Notes under the pieces: generated by a model | Databases searched by the model: none | What the model saw: the letters and a program-made list of their open reading frames with translations, nothing else | What the model was told of the DNA's origin: nothing | Program-made: the position numbers and the translations under genes | In this document: one piece after another, positions 40,067-52,080 of the stretch | How positions within the stretch are numbered: the first letter of the stretch is position 1 | Layout of the letters: each line of letters opens with the position of its first letter | Assembly (NCBI GenBank): GCA_030390025.1 | Contig: JASTWF010000332.1 | Span: 310,001-374,000 of the forward strand | DNA from: Squalus acanthias | Lineage: Eukaryota | DNA: 64,000 bases | Direction of reading: 5' to 3'

Positions 40067-40662
40067 TCATGCATAGGATATACGGCACAGAAACAGGCCA
40101 GTCGGCCCAACCAGTCCATGTCGTCATTTATGTTCCACTCGAGCCTCCTCCCGTCTTTCCTCATCTAAATCTATCAGCATAACCCTCTATTCCCTTCTCC
40201 CTCATATGCTTGTCCAGCCTCCCCTTAAATGCATCTATACTATTCGCTTCAACCACTCCCTGTGGTAGCGAATTCCACATTCTCACCACTCTTTGGGAAA
40301 AGTAGTGTCTTCTGAATTCCCTATTGGCTTTCTTGGTGACTATCTTATATTGATGGCCTCTAGTGATGCTCTTCCCCACAAGTGGAAACACTCTCTCTGT
40401 ATCCACTCTATCAAAACATTTCATAATTTTAAAGACCTCTATTAGGTCACCCCTCAGCCTTCTTTTTGCAAGAGAAAAGAGACCCAGCCTGTTCATCCTT
40501 TCCGGATATGTATACCCTCGCATTTCTGATACCATCCTTGTAAATCTTCTCTGCACCCCCTCCAGTGCCTCTATATCCTTTTTATAATATGGCGACCAGA
40601 ACTGTATGCAGTACTTGAAGTGTGGTCTAACCAAGGTTCGATACAGGTTTAGCATAACTTCC

Positions 40663-41564
40663 TGTAAAATTTCCAAAATTTGCAGATCCCCCAAAAAAAA
40701 TCTAAAAAAGGAAAAAAATAAGAACTTTGGAACTTTATAGGAACATGTCTGGACATGTACAGCACGTGGATTGTCTGGGAATTCAAAGCCCAGCAACATT
40801 AACATTTTGACAATAGGCCCTGGGAGAAGGCCGCCCCACCCAAAACACAGAGCCCATAGGAATGCTAGGCCCAGCAAGGAACCCAAAGCATGAGAACAAT
40901 GCAAGCTTCCATGGAACAACAGCTCAACAGGATGTAAGCCATTTGATTTGGTTTAGCATAGTTGAAGGCCCATCAAAATTTAACAAGACAATGAACAGGC
41001 CTCACCTGAAAACTCACTGCATTACAAAACCAGTTTTCATGAGGAGTTTTGTGGGGGGGGGGGCGAAAAAGGACTATATCTGCAGCAGGACCCAAGATTT
41101 CTTTCTCTTTTGACTCACCGACCACGTTTGGAACAACGCTCCCTCTCAGCTCTGCCCAGAAGCCACATGGTAAAGGAAGACATTCGATGACCAGAATCAT
41201 CATCGACTTACCTGGCTGGATTTCGTACTGTTAATACCCGTTTGGTGAGCATTATCCCTGATCTCCTGAAACCGAAACCTAGCTAGAAGTGGGATTTTTG
41301 GGAGGGATAAAGGATTTTTTCTTGTATACTGTCATTTTCCCTTGCCTGTAAACGTGTGTCCCCCAAACCTGTTTAAGTGTGAAGTGTGTTTAAGTTTGTT
41401 ACCTTTTAATTTTAATAAAAGTTATAGTTCTTTCATCGGAACCTGTTGTCTACTGCATCTTTATTCACAACCCCTAAATAAGTCCAAGTTTTGAACCTGG
41501 GAGCGATTCGAACCGCTCACTGAGTCAGGGGAAAGGCTGACCCGTACCACAACCACCCCCTACA
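40663..41564 (+). mobile_element. Solo LTR (902 bp) of an LTR retroelement or ERV
   Basis: TGTA...TACA termini; 5-bp TSD cttcc at 40658-40662 and 41565-41569; TATA-like ctatat near 41074; AATAAA 41414-41419; CR1 sequence resumes seamlessly on both sides. Confidence 0.9.
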
Positions 41565-43953
41565 CTTCCCTACTTTTCAATTCTATCCCTCTAGAAATAA
41601 ACCCTAGTGCTTGGTTTGCTTTTTTTATGGCCTTGTTAACCTGTGATTTGTGTATTTGTACTCCAAGATCCCTTTGTTCCTCTACTCCACCTAGACTCGC
41701 ATCATCCAACTAATAAGTGACCTCCTTATTCTTCCTACCAAAATGTAATACCTCACATTTATCGGTGTTGAACTTCATTTGCCAATTATATGCCCATTCT
41801 GCAAGTTTATTAATGTCCTCCTGTAATTTATTGCAGTCCTCCTCAGTATTGACTATTCCCCCAATTTGGTGTCATCCACAAATTTAGAAATGGTGTTTTT
41901 GATTCCAAAGTCTAAATCGTTAATGTAAATTGTGAACACAGTGGTCCCAGCACTGATCCTTGTGGAACACCACTACCCACCTTCTGCCACTGTGAATAGC
42001 TACCCTTTACCCCTACTCTCTGCTTTCTATCTTGAAGTCAGCTAGCTATCCATTCTGATACTTGTCCCCTGACTCCGCATTCTCTGACCTTGTTCATCAG
42101 TCTATAATGGGGTACCTTATCGAAGGCCTTTTGAAAATCTAGATAAATTACATCTACTGCATTACCATTGGCTACTCTCTGTTACCTCTTCAAAAAATTC
42201 AATGAGGTTGGTCAAGCAAGACTTTCCCTTTTGAAATCCATGCTGACTATTCCTTATTATATTTTTGGTTTCTAGATGTTCTTCTATTTTCTCCTTTAGT
42301 AGGGATTCCATTATTTTTCCTACCACCGATGTTAAGCTGATTGGTCTATAATTCCCTGGACATGTTCTATCCTCCTTCTTGAATATAGGTATTACGTTAG
42401 CTTTCTGCCAGTCTTCTGGCACTATACCTTTTTCTAATGAAATATTAAATGTTTAGTAATGCCTCTGCTATCGCTTCCCTAGATTCTGTTGAAATGCGTG
42501 GATGCAATCCATCCGGACCAGGGGTTTTATCCTCTGAGTTTGATTAGGTTATTTAATATATCCTCTCTTTATTTTAAATACACTTATCTCATTACTAATC
42601 TCATCATCCAGTGTCATGTCTACCTGTTCTATCTCCCTGGTAAATACTGAAGGAAAATAATGATTTAATATTTCTGCCATCTCTCTATCGTTACCTGTGG
42701 TATTATCCAGTCTATCCCTTAATAGCCCTATTCCCATCCCAACCTTTTTTTATTGATGTGCCTGTAAAGTATTTTACTATTTTGTTTTATGTTCCTTGAT
42801 AATTTAATTTCATAGTTCCTCTTTGCCTTCCTAATTGTTTTTTGACTTCTCTCCTAATCTCTTCATATTCTCCCTTATCATACTCTCTCCTGCTGTCCAT
42901 GTACTTAATGTATGCCTCTTTCCTTACCCTCAATTGTTCCCTTATGGCTTTATTCATCCATGGAGTCTCATTAGTGTTTAGTTTGTTCTTTCCTTTTAGC
43001 AGAATATATTGTTCCTGCATTCTGTTGAACACAGTTTTAAATGTTTCCCATTGCTGTTCGCCAATATTGTTGCCCATTTTCCCAAGTTCTATTCTCAGCC
43101 CCTCAAAATCAGCTTTTCTCCAATCTATTACCCTAGTTTTCATCATACTTATGTCCTTAAAGCACATTATATTATGGTCACTATTGCCTAGATGTTCCCC
43201 TACTTTTACTTCTCTTATCTGCTCTGGTTCATTCCCCATTACTAGATCCAATAGCGAATCCTCCCTTGTTGGGCTTTTTACATATTGAGCTAGAAAGGAG
43301 TCTTGTACACATTGTAGGAACTCCACTCCCTATCCCTTCTACCTACCTCTTCTGTCCAATTAATATCAGGGTAGTTGAAATCCCCCAGGATTATTATTCT
43401 ATGTTTTTTACTCATTTCCCTAATTTGTCTGCATATTTCTTCCTCCACCTCCCTTCCACTATTAGGTGATCTGTAGACTACGCCTATTAGTGTGATTGAT
43501 CCTTTATTATCTTTTATCTCTATCCATATGGGTTTTATTTTTGTCTTGCTGATAGCGGAGTCACTTTTTTTTTTACTGCCATTAGGTTATCCCTCATAAG
43601 TACAGCTACTCCACCTCCACTTTTTCCCTCTATCTTTTCTAAATATGTTATACCCTGCAATGTTTAATTCCCAGTCGTGATTTTTCTGTAGCCATGTCTC
43701 AGTAATCCCCATTATGTCTGGTTCCTCGCAACGCATGATTGCCTCCAGCTCCCCTGTTTTATTACAGACACTGTACATTGCTGGACAGACAGTTTAACTC
43801 ATTAATAGGATTTCCTCTCACTTTATGTTTAACCATCTTGTTCTATAACTATTTATTCCCTTGCCATCAATATCCTCCCTTACTTTATTCTTTCCTATGC
43901 TCTCTTTATATTTAGGCTGGTTTCATTTCTTGTAGATCCCTCCCCCCATCTTA

Positions 43954-44799
43954 CTAGTTTAAAGCCTTTGCCACCTCCCTATTTACCCTTTCCGCTAGGA
44001 GACGGGTCCAATCCCAGTTCAGGTGGAGCCCGTCCCATCGGTACAACTCCTTCCTGTCCTGTCCCATGAAAAGGAAACCCTCTTTCCCACACCAGCCCTT
44101 TAGCCATGTGTTAATTCTCCTGATCTGACTGCTTCTATGCCAATTTGCACGTGGCTTGGGCAATAATCCAGATATTATTACCCTTGAGGCCCTGCTTTTT
44201 AATTTAATTCTTAACTCCTGATACTCTTTCAGCAGGACCTCCTCCCTGTTCCTACCTATGTCATTTGTTCCAACATGGACCATGACAACTGGATTTACCC
44301 CCTCCCTTTCCAAGTTCCTCTCCAGCTGCCATGAGATATCCCTTACCCTGGCACTATGTAGGCAACACACACGTCGGGATTCTCATTCTTGGCTGCAGAG
44401 GACGCTATCTATCCCCCTAATTATAGAGTCCCCTATCACTACCACATTTCTATTCTGCTCCCTCCCCCTGCATCGTACCTGTTGGACAGGACCAGTGTCT
44501 GCGGGACCTCCTTCTCAACCTCTCCTAAATCCCTGCTACCCGGCTCCCCAACAGTCACACCCTCCCTTTCCTAAACCTGTGCTTTCCTCTGGGGTGTGAC
44601 TGTATTCTGGATATAACTGTCCAGAAATTCCACCCCCTCCCTCATGTGTCGGAGTGTCTCCAACTCATACTCCAGCTCAATGACTGAGCCGGAGAGATTC
44701 AAGATGGAGACAGCTCCTGCAGACGTGTTCGCTCAGGACAGTCTCGCTGTCCACAAACCCCCACATACTGCAGTCCAGACACACAACCTGCCCTGCCAT
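43954..44799 (-). pseudogene. CR1 ORF1: N-terminal CxxC-x16-CxxC zinc finger plus SGNH/GDSL esterase domain (frameshift and stop)
   Basis: ATG at 44799 gives MAGQVVCLDCSMWGFVDSETVLSEHVCRSC; downstream VVIGDSIIRG, VHVGTNDIG, WDGLHLN. Confidence 0.9.
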
Positions 44800-44926
44800 A
44801 TCTTAGTCTAGCCTTATTGTATTTATTTAATTAGTTTAAGTCTTTATTCAACAATTATTTAGTGATATTAATTAGTTTAACTAGCTAAGCTATAAATTTA
44901 AGACAGTACGTAATAGTTTCCTGGTC

Positions 44927-44928
<2 letters not shown>

Positions 44929-45004
<76 letters not shown>

Positions 45005-45023
45005 CCCCCCCCCCCCCCCCCCC
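44929..45023. repeat. (AC)37 microsatellite directly followed by a C22 run
   Basis: Read directly from the sequence. Confidence 0.98.
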
Positions 45024-45039
45024 ATGGAAGCTGATGCCA

Positions 45040-46052
45040 TTACTCTTTCAGGTAGTGCGGCCCAAATCTTAATATCCCTCTGAAAAACATTCTCATTTTC
45101 TGTCTAGTTCTTTTGCCAATTATTTTAAATCTATTACCTCTGGTCATCAACCCACTTGCCAGAGGAAACACTTTCTCCCGACGTACTCTATCAAAAACCC
45201 TCATTTTCAATACCTCTATTACGTCTTCCCTTAGCCTTCTCTGATCGAAGGAGAACAATCGCAGCTTCTCCAGTCTCTCCACATAACTGAACTCCTTCAT
45301 CCCTGGTATCATCCTGGTAAACCTCCTCGGTACCCTCTCCAGGGCCTTGACATCCTTCCTAAAGTGTGGTGCCCAGAATTGTACACAATACTCCAGCTGA
45401 GGCCTAACCAGTGATTTGTAAAGGTTTAGCATGACTTCCTTGTTTTTGCATTCAATACCCCTATTTACAAAGCCAAGTACCCCAAACGCTTTAACCACCA
45501 CCTTTAAAGATTTGTGAATATGCACCCCCAAGTCCCTCTGCTCTTGCACCCCTCTCAAACAGTAATACTGCCTCTCCATATTGTTCCTCCCAAAGTGCAT
45601 CACTTCACACTTGTCCACATGAAATTGAATCTGCCATGTATCTGCCTATTTCACCAGTCAGTTTATGTCCTCCTAAAGTCTGTGACTAACTTGCACACTA
45701 TTCACATATACATATAAGACTGATGGGTCTGTAAAGAGTGGTTACAGCACAGAAGGAGGCCATCTGGCCCGTCGAGCCCATGTCAGCTCTCTGCAAGAGC
45801 ACTTCAGCTAGTCCCACTCCCCGGCCTTTTCCCCGTAGCCCTGCAAATTTTTTTCCCTTCAGGTACTTATCCAATTCCCTTTTGAAAGCCACGATTGAAT
45901 CTGCCTCCACCACCCTTGTAGGCAGTGCATTCCAGATCACAACCACTAAGTTGCCAGGTTTATTACTCTCCCCTTTTCTAAACAGGGGTGTAACATTTTC
46001 AATCCTCCAGTCCTCTGGCACCACTCCCAAATCCAAAGAGGATTGAAAGATT
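45040..46052 (-). mobile_element. Decayed CR1 ORF2 fragments with a second CR1 3' end nested at ~45735-45947
   Basis: ORF 45040..45618 (LYKSLVRPQLEYCVQFWAP); ORF 45698..46072 is chimeric (PEDWRIENVTPLF joined to IWNALP...FKRELDKYL). Confidence 0.9.
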
Positions 46053-46157
46053 GTGCTCATTGTATAATACAATGTGTTAGTGTACCATGTTTTGGGTCAC
46101 TGTGCTGATAACTTCTGTTTATTAATTGTTAATTCATTGCATGTGAAGTGCTTTTGA

Positions 46158-47292
46158 GTGTTAGCTGTGGCTCAGTGGTAGCACTCTTGCCTGAGTCAGA
46201 AGGTCATGGGTTTAAGATCCACTCCAGGTACGTGAGCACAAAATCTAGGCCAACATTCCAGTGCAGTACTGAGGGAGTCCTGCACTATCAGAGGTGCCGT
46301 CTTTTGGATGAGACGTTAATCAAGGCCCCGTCTGCCCTCCGAAATGGACGTAAAAGATCAAGAGCAGGGGAGTTCTTCGGGTGTCCTGGCCAATATTTAT
46401 CCCTCAACCAAGATCAATAAAACAGATTAACTGGTTATTATCTCGCTGTTTGTGGGACCTTGCTGTGCACAAATTGGCTGCTGTGTTTCCTGCATTACAA
46501 CAGTAGTGATAGTTCAAAAGTATTTCTGCATACAGTTTTGGTGTCCTTACTTAAGGAAAGACATCCTTGCTCTCGAGGCAGTGCAAAAAAGGTTCACTCG
46601 GTTAATCCCGGGGATGAGGGGGTGGTCATATGAGGAGAGGTTGGGTAGATTGGGACTCTACTCATTGGAGTTCAGAAGAATGAGAGGCGATCTTATTGAA
46701 ACATATAAGATTGTGAAGGGGTTGGATCGGGTGGATGCGGGGAGGATGTTCCCGATGACGGGTGAGACGAGAACTAGGGGACATAGTCTTAGAATAAGGG
46801 GCTGCTCTTTCAAAACTGAGATGAGGAGGAACTACTTCACTCAGAGGGTGGTAGGTCCATGGAATATGCTGCCACAAAAAGCTGTAGAAGCTACAACATT
46901 AATTAAATTTAAAACAGAAATATAGACAGTTTCCTAGAAGTAAAGGGCATTAAGGGTTACGGGGAGCGGGCAGGAATTTGGACATGAGTCTAGGTTCGGA
47001 TCGGTCATGGCCCTGTGGGTAGTGGAGCGGGCCCAGGGACTGTGTAGCCTGATTCTGCTCCTATTTCGTGTGTGCAATTCTGTTAGATGCAGGAGATGGT
47101 TCTGTGATAGATAGTAGATTGGCGGTTAGGATCAGATCAGCCATGATCTTATTGAATGGCGGAGCAGGCTCGAGGGGCCGATTGGCCTACTCCTGCTCCT
47201 ATTTCTTATGTTCTTATGTTCTTATTTCATTGGCTGTAAAGCACTTTAAAATGTCCTGAGGTTGTGAAAGACACTATACAAGTACAATTCTT
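46158..47292 (+). mobile_element. Full-length Deu-SINE with tRNA head, split by a CR1
   Basis: A-box tggctcagtgg 46168-46178; B-box-like ggtttaagatcc; Deu core; tail resumes attggctgtaaagcac at 47229. Confidence 0.88.
46527..47222 (+). mobile_element. CR1 3' fragment with a duplicated terminal module
   Basis: CIQFWCPYLRKDILALEAVQKRFTRLIPG; TSD tatttc at 46521-46526 and 47223-47228. Confidence 0.93.
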
Positions 47293-47805
47293 TACATTTT
47301 CTTCGAGACAAGATTATGCATTATATAAATGAATGCTTTTTTCTATCCCATACATTTGAATATTTTAAGAAAAAAAATCTGTTCTTTATATTGATGAAAT
47401 CGTAGATTAAGCATAAATGGTTCAACATTAGAGAAATTGTGCCTGTGCAAAAAAAAGGTGGTGCTTAAAAAAAAAAAAAAAAATTCTATACTCATTACAA
47501 TCAGAAACAAATATACCTAAATTATGGGCATTTCTGCACGGATGGTCTATACACAGCAACAGTCCAGCCAGCTTGTGTCAAAATGTTCTTGGGTCAACTT
47601 GGCTTCACAAAGCATACATTCATACCCATTTGTTCTAGAAAGAAAGAGACTATAACTCATTTCCAGTGAAGTCAAAGGCTTTTCTTGGGCAAAAAAATTA
47701 AAAAGTACTGCAGCCCAGGATGAGAAAACTGCGAGATGGACGACAGTTATTTATCCAATTTATGATCTGCTTCATCCTCCAAATCTTCGTTGCTCAAATA
47801 TCACA

Positions 47806-49530
47806 TCATAGAAACAGAGAAAAATAGGAGCAGGAGTAGGCCATTCGGCCCTTCGAGCCTGCTCCGCCATTCAATAGGCTGATCCTCTATCTCAATACCA
47901 TATTCCCGCTCTCTCCCCATACCCCTTGATGCCTTTTGTGTCTAGAAATCTATCTATCTCCTTCTTAAATATATTCAGTGACTTGGCCTCCACAGTCTTC
48001 TGTGGTAGAGAATTCCACAGGTTCACCACCCTCTTGAATGAAGAAATGTCTCCTCGTCTCAGTCCTAAATGTCCTACCCCGTATCCTGAGACTGTGACCC
48101 CTCGTTCTAGAGCCCCCCAGCCAGGGGAAACATCCTTTCTGCATCCAGTCTGTCTAGCCCTGTCAGAATTTTACACGTTTCAATGAGATCCCCTCTCATT
48201 CTTCTAAACTCTAGTGAATACAGGCCTAGTTGACCCAATCTCTCCTCATATGACAGTCCTGCCATCCCAGGAATCAGTTTGGTGAACCTTCAGTACACTC
48301 CCTCTATGGCAAGTATATCCTTTTAGGTAAGGAGACCAAAACTGCACACAATACTCCAGGTGTGGTCTCACCAAGGCCCTGTATAACTGTAGTAAGACAT
48401 CCTTGCTCCTGTACTCAAATCCTCTTGCAATGAAGGCCAACATACCATTTGCCTTCCTAACTGCACCTGCATGTTTGCTTTCAGTGACTGGTGTACAAGG
48501 ACACCCAGGTCCCTTTGTACAATCAACATTTCCCAATCTATCACCGTTTAAATAATACTCTGCCTTTCTGTTTTTCCTACCGAAGTGGATAACTTCACAT
48601 TTATCCACGCTATACTGCATCTGCCATGTATTTGCCCACTCACTCAACTTGTCTAAATCGCCTTGAAGCCTCTTTGCATCCTCCTCACAACTCACAATCC
48701 CACCTAGTTTTGTGTCGTCAGCAAACTTGGAAATATTACATTTGGTTCCCTCATCCAAATCATTGATATATATTGTGAATAGCTGGGGCCCAAGCACTGA
48801 TCCCTGTGGTAACCCACTAGTCACCGCCTGCCACCCAGAAAAAGACCCGTTTATTCCTACTCTGTTTCCTGTCTGTTAACCAATTTTCAATCCATGCCAG
48901 TATATTACCCCCAATCCCATGTGCTTTAATTTTGCACACTAACCTCTTATGTGGGACTTTATCAAAGGCCTTCTGAAAATTCAAATACACCACATCCACT
49001 GGCTCTCCCTTATCTATTCTACCAGTTACATCCTCAAAAAACTCCAGTAGGTTTGTAAAACACGATTTCCCTTTCATAAATCCATGTTGACTTTGTCGAA
49101 TCCCGTTGGTATTTTCTGAGTGTCCAGTTGTCACATCCTTTATAATAGACTCTAGCATTTTCCCTACTACTGATGTTAGGCTCTCCCTCCTTTTTTAAAT
49201 AGTGGGGTTACATTTGCCACCCTCCAAACTGCAGGAACTGTTCAATTATCTATGGAATTTTGGACACCAATGCATCCTTTTAATACTCTGGGATGCGGAT
49301 TATCAGGCCCTGGGGATTTATCGGCTTTCAGTCCCATTAATTTCTCCAGCACTATTTTTTTTTACTAATACTAATTTCCTTTAAGTCTCCTTCTCACTAG
49401 ACACTTGGTTCCCTAGCATTTCTGGGAAGTTATTTGTGTCCTCTTCCGTGAAGACAGAACCAAAGTATTTGTTTAATTGCTCTGCCATTTCCTTGTTCCC
49501 CATTATAAATTCTCCCATTTCTGACTGTAA
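47806..49530 (-). mobile_element. CR1 LINE ~1.7 kb, decayed
   Basis: ORFs 48246..48824 (GLPQGSVLGP, KFADDTKL) and 48817..49158. Confidence 0.96.
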
Positions 49531-49989
49531 TATATGCCATCCTATTATTGCTCATCCTCCTCCCAGCATCCTCAGTGTTAAAAGCAAGGCTCCTCAAGAT
49601 ATCTTCTACTCTATCTCAGGACCTCCGGCTGTCAACCCCTTGCCCCCCTTCCCTTCCTGCTACAATTCAATAAAAAGTTGCACTTAGTCACCTAAACTCT
49701 AGTTCTTGGTTAAACTCATCTTCTCTGACCCTGGCGAGGTATGTGATCATCAGACTTGCTCCTGATGATATTGCCTTCACTGGTCACTCTCTATAGGACC
49801 CGCCTGATTTTCATTCCATTGATTTCTATATGGGACATGCAATCCACCCCCCAGGATTCTCAATTTAATAAAAACATATGCCTCATAACATTTGGATTGC
49901 AATTCCTTTGGCTGCTATCTCAACTCAGAAGTCAATGCCTCATGTTAAAATAGCGGACTAAGAAATTGCATATGAACATGTTAAGCATG

Positions 49990-50128
49990 TTCTAGACACA
50001 AAAGGCATCAAGGGGTATGGGGAGAGAGCGGGAATATGGTATTGAGATAGAGGATCAGCCATGATCATATTAAATGGCGGAGCAGGCTCAAAGGGCCGAA
50101 TGGCCTACTCCTGCTCCTATTTTTCTAT
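49990..50128 (+). mobile_element. CR1 3'UTR fragment, inverted near-copy of 47810-47946
   Basis: tctagacacaaaaggcatcaaggggtatggggagagagcgggaatatggtattgagatagaggatcagcc. Confidence 0.9.
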
Positions 50129-50427
50129 GCATCTGCACACCAACCTTCGCACAGTGTAATTTCCACTGTTCACTATTTGTTAAAAAAAAAATTGTAAACA
50201 CATTTGGGAATATTTCAGTATATAATTACCATTACAGTAAACACATTCTTTATACTAGAGTATACAATTTCACTACAAATAGTGAACTGTGAAAATCGTC
50301 CCCCATAATTTCATTATATGGTCAGCAATCCACACAGTTACACATGACATTTTATTTTCATACTCCTCCTTCTAACTTCTCTAACCGAGTCACTATCATA
50401 GTGACTTGGCAGGATAAATCCTCTCAC

Positions 50428-50749
50428 CATGCCAAATCTGTCTCCCCTCCTAGTTACCACACATACTCTCCTCTGACAGATGCCTCAGTTAGCTGTACGG
50501 TGGCAAGAAGTGGCAGTGAAAGCGGGGAAGCGTCCAAGTTAGGAATATAGTCGTTAAGAGCTCCATCTGGATAGGCTAAAAGGGGCAGTCACCACTGAAA
50601 AGTAGTAAGGCAAGCTAGAGTGGTTCTTGGATAGTTGTAGCATAAACATCATCATCGTCTGCTGATGATGATGATGACGACATGATTAATCTCGTTGGTG
50701 CAACAAAATTTGGACGTAGTGTTCTTTTTAAAAACAAAGACACACTACG
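50428..50749 (-). other. Candidate host-gene exon (5'UTR-like, ending in ATG at a donor site)
   Basis: Minus-strand acceptor gtttgtttattttacag| at 50750; donor GGCATG|gtgaga at 50427; non-repetitive sequence; no long ORF. Unconfirmed. Confidence 0.35.
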
Positions 50750-51104
50750 CTGTAAAATAAACAAACTCCACAAAGCAGCAGACATCACATGTGCCACAAC
50801 ATGAATTTTCTTGGCAGGTAGCGAAAAGGTCAACGTATACTATTCAAAACAGGTTATTCCACATCGTAAGCCTGGTTAGGAAACGCCATGAAAGTTTGAA
50901 CGACACTGCTTTAAAAGACATGAGGTTATAAAAAAAACAGGGATTTGCCACGGCTACCAGTAAGATGTATCCCCCAGCTATGTTGAAATGAGACCACCAC
51001 GCTGCACAGATTGAGCAGAGATTGTGGGATGTATGCCAATTAAATCACATGACATTCAACCCCACCTTCGCCACCCCCAAAGAACTGGTAAATTATCAAT
51101 CCGG

Positions 51105-51212
51105 ACCACCATGAAATAAGGTGGGAGGAGGCTCGTGTGGAGCATATAAACACCAGCATAGACCAGTTGGGCCGAATGGTCTGTTTCTGTGCTGTAAATT
51201 CTATGTAAACCT
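51105..51212 (+). mobile_element. CR1 3' terminal fragment (family of the 40070 element)
   Basis: ggaggaggctcgtgtggagcatataaacaccagcatagaccagttgggccgaatgg. Confidence 0.8.
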
Positions 51213-51464
51213 CTAGGAGGCCGGCACAAGTCCCCCTCCCCAACCCCACAAAAAGGTAAGTGAATGCAAAGGGCAAGACTTTACAACCTGCTCCCAGCTG
51301 CACAAGGAAAGGGACCCAACCCGACAACACTGCTTGTAAAGGTAGGATAGATGTTCATATATAGATACACACATGTCCCTCTCTTCCTCCCCTCTTCCTT
51401 TCCCCTCCCCCACCCACCCCAGAGCACCCTAATCCACAAGTGCGCAGAACTACCGAACCAATAT

Positions 51465-51580
51465 CTACTACATTACAACAGTAACTACACTTAAAAAAAA
51501 AAGCACTTCATTGGCTGTAAAGCGCTTTGGGACGTCGGGTGGTCATGAAAGGCGCTATATAAATGCAAGTCCTTCTTCCT
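51465..51580 (+). mobile_element. Deu-SINE 3' tail
   Basis: ctacattacaacagtaactacactt...ggcgctatataaatgcaagtc. Confidence 0.85.
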
Positions 51581-52080
51581 TTTACTATGCGGTCAGCCTG
51601 CCCGCCTGTAAATGCCACATTAAGAAAATGGGCAACTGCACCAATACAGGAAGTACTGGTCGATCTTATTTCAAAAAAGTCCCTTGATAGTTAATCATTA
51701 AATATTGGACTGTTTTCCGATTTGAATTTGCAACTTATTTGTAATGATTGGCTGCTTGACATCTGCAGTTATTGCTGTTTAATTTCTTCTAATAAGAAAG
51801 ACATTTATATCCATCCCATCAATTCATTCGCTTGATTTCCTGATGAGCCATTTCACCAGAATTGGATTTGATATAATACAGCACTGTACTGTGCTGGCAA
51901 CCTGCTTCTTTTCTTCCTTTATCTGCTGTCTGCTTCACTTTTCCACGTAATCATTCCAGAGGCGCAGAAGAGGATATTTTAATGACGCACTGGGTCCAAG
52001 CGCAGCAAACGATGTGCTCACCAGAACCACGCACCGCTATCCCGGCACAACTTCCCAAGGTTGGCCTAATGAAACATTCA

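Larger units (their letters stand above)
40070..44925 (-). mobile_element. Near full-length decayed CR1 LINE (ORF1 + ORF2), interrupted by a solo LTR
   Basis: ORF1 zinc finger and esterase; EN (PDIMGITETWL, SDHNIM); RT (NYRPISLTS, QHGFQKGKSCLTNL); C-terminus (LYRTLVRPHFKYCIQFWSPY); 3' tail cataggat. Confidence 0.96.

Noticed and set aside
40161..40919. 252-aa ORF with a hydrophobic, signal-like N-terminus
   Set aside because: Chimera of antisense solo-LTR sequence read into the CR1 ORF2 C-terminus; non-ATG start; not a gene
46158..46230. tRNA-like A/B boxes
   Set aside because: These are SINE heads, not tRNA genes; no cloverleaf
49526..49752. Possible second solo LTR (TG start, AATAAA near 49669, CA end)
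   Set aside because: No consistent TSD and the CR1 does not resume after it; cannot support
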